A DNA stretch of 64,000 nt. Origin: Octopus sinensis (lineage: Eukaryota). The DNA lies in the NCBI RefSeq assembly GCF_006345805.1, contig NC_042999.1, positions 53,568,001 to 53,632,000 of the forward strand. Direction: 5' to 3'. Positions 63,123-64,000 of the stretch are shown here, piece after piece. Below the pieces are notes generated by a model, which was given only the letters and a program-made list of their open reading frames with translations, had not been told where the DNA came from and ran no database searches. Each line of letters opens with the position of its first letter. Position 1 is the stretch's first letter. Made by a program: the position numbers and the translations under genes.

Positions 63123-63304
63123 GTTAATGGTGCTGAATTGAAGATGGCGTGCGGTTTTGCCTTCTTTTTCCATTGATGTAATTTGGTTTTGTTTGGCTTC
63201 CAGCATTTTCACAACTGTTCTCTATAATATTTGTTCTAAAAAAATTAAGACAGAAACTTTAAAAGACATTTTACCCATCTCTAAGTTGTACGCGTTGCAC
63301 AGTT

Positions 63305-63473
63305 TTGTGGCTGAGAAGCTTGCTTTTTACTATCATGTGGTTAAGGGTTCAGTTCTACTGCACAACACTTTTGGCAAGTGTTTTCTACGATAAACCCCGG
63401 TCAACCAATGCCTTATGCCTGAAATCTGGTCGACAGAAAGTCTGTGGAACCCAATCTTAAATTTATCAGCGTA

Positions 63474-63537
<64 letters not shown>

Positions 63538-63615
63538 ATGTTCGTGCGTGCATGCATGTGTGTTTGTTGACGTCCCTATAACAATGCCTTTCGGCAAAAG
63601 AGACCGATAATATCC
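63305..63615 (+). mobile_element. Old SINE-B copy interrupted by (GA)n
   Basis: GGGTTCAG...TTGGCAAGTG...ACCAATGCCTT and TTCGGCAAAAGAGACCGATA landmarks. Confidence 0.65.
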
Positions 63616-63641
63616 ATTGCAGATTTAAAAAGAAAAACACA

Positions 63642-64000
63642 TAGGCGCAGGAGTGGCTGTGTGGTAAGTAGCTTGCTAACCAACCACATGGTTCCGGGTT
63701 CAGTCCCACTGCGTGGCATCTTGGGCAAGTGTCTTCTGCTATAGCCCCGGGCCGACCAATGCCTTGTGAGTGGATTTGGTAGACGGAAACTGAAAGAAGC
63801 CTGTCGTATATATGTATATATATATATGTGTGTGTGTATATGTCTGTGTGTCTGTGTTTGTCCCCCCAGCATTGCTTGACAACCGATGCTAGTGTGTTTA
63901 CGTCCCCGTCACTTAGCGGTTCGGCAAAAGAGACCGATAGAATAAGTACTGGGCTTACAAAGAATAAGTCCCGTGGTCGATTTGCTCGACTAAAGGCGGT
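63642..64000 (+). mobile_element. Young SINE family B, running off the window end
   Basis: Reverse complement of 20829-21240 with few differences. Confidence 0.9.

Overview
This is AT-rich eukaryotic (animal) DNA with no recognisable host protein-coding gene, operon, rRNA, true tRNA or CRISPR array. The repeat landscape (tRNA-headed SINEs, RTE, Tx1, R4/Dong, CR1 and Penelope remnants, very long GATA/TAA/CATA/TA microsatellites) suggests an octopus-like cephalopod genome; that is an inference and was not database-checked. Main structure 1: a 6.2-kb full-length Tx1-clade LINE (5678-11905, minus strand) plus two 5'-truncated copies, every one embedded in (GATA)n in the same orientation and lacking a poly(A) tail. 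Main structure 2: a roughly 9.4-kb head-to-tail array of R4/Dong-like RLE LINEs (29093-38540, plus strand), each bounded by (TAA)n and including one apparently full-length copy. Other candidates are a covarying TGGGT-loop hairpin in two diverged Dong 3' UTRs, a structured 5' leader on the full-length Dong copy, a Penelope-type minimal hammerhead-like motif, several fold-back structures, and fused or modular SINEs. Most ORF-track entries are microsatellite translations or antisense shadows of LINE ORFs. All alignments and folds were done by eye.
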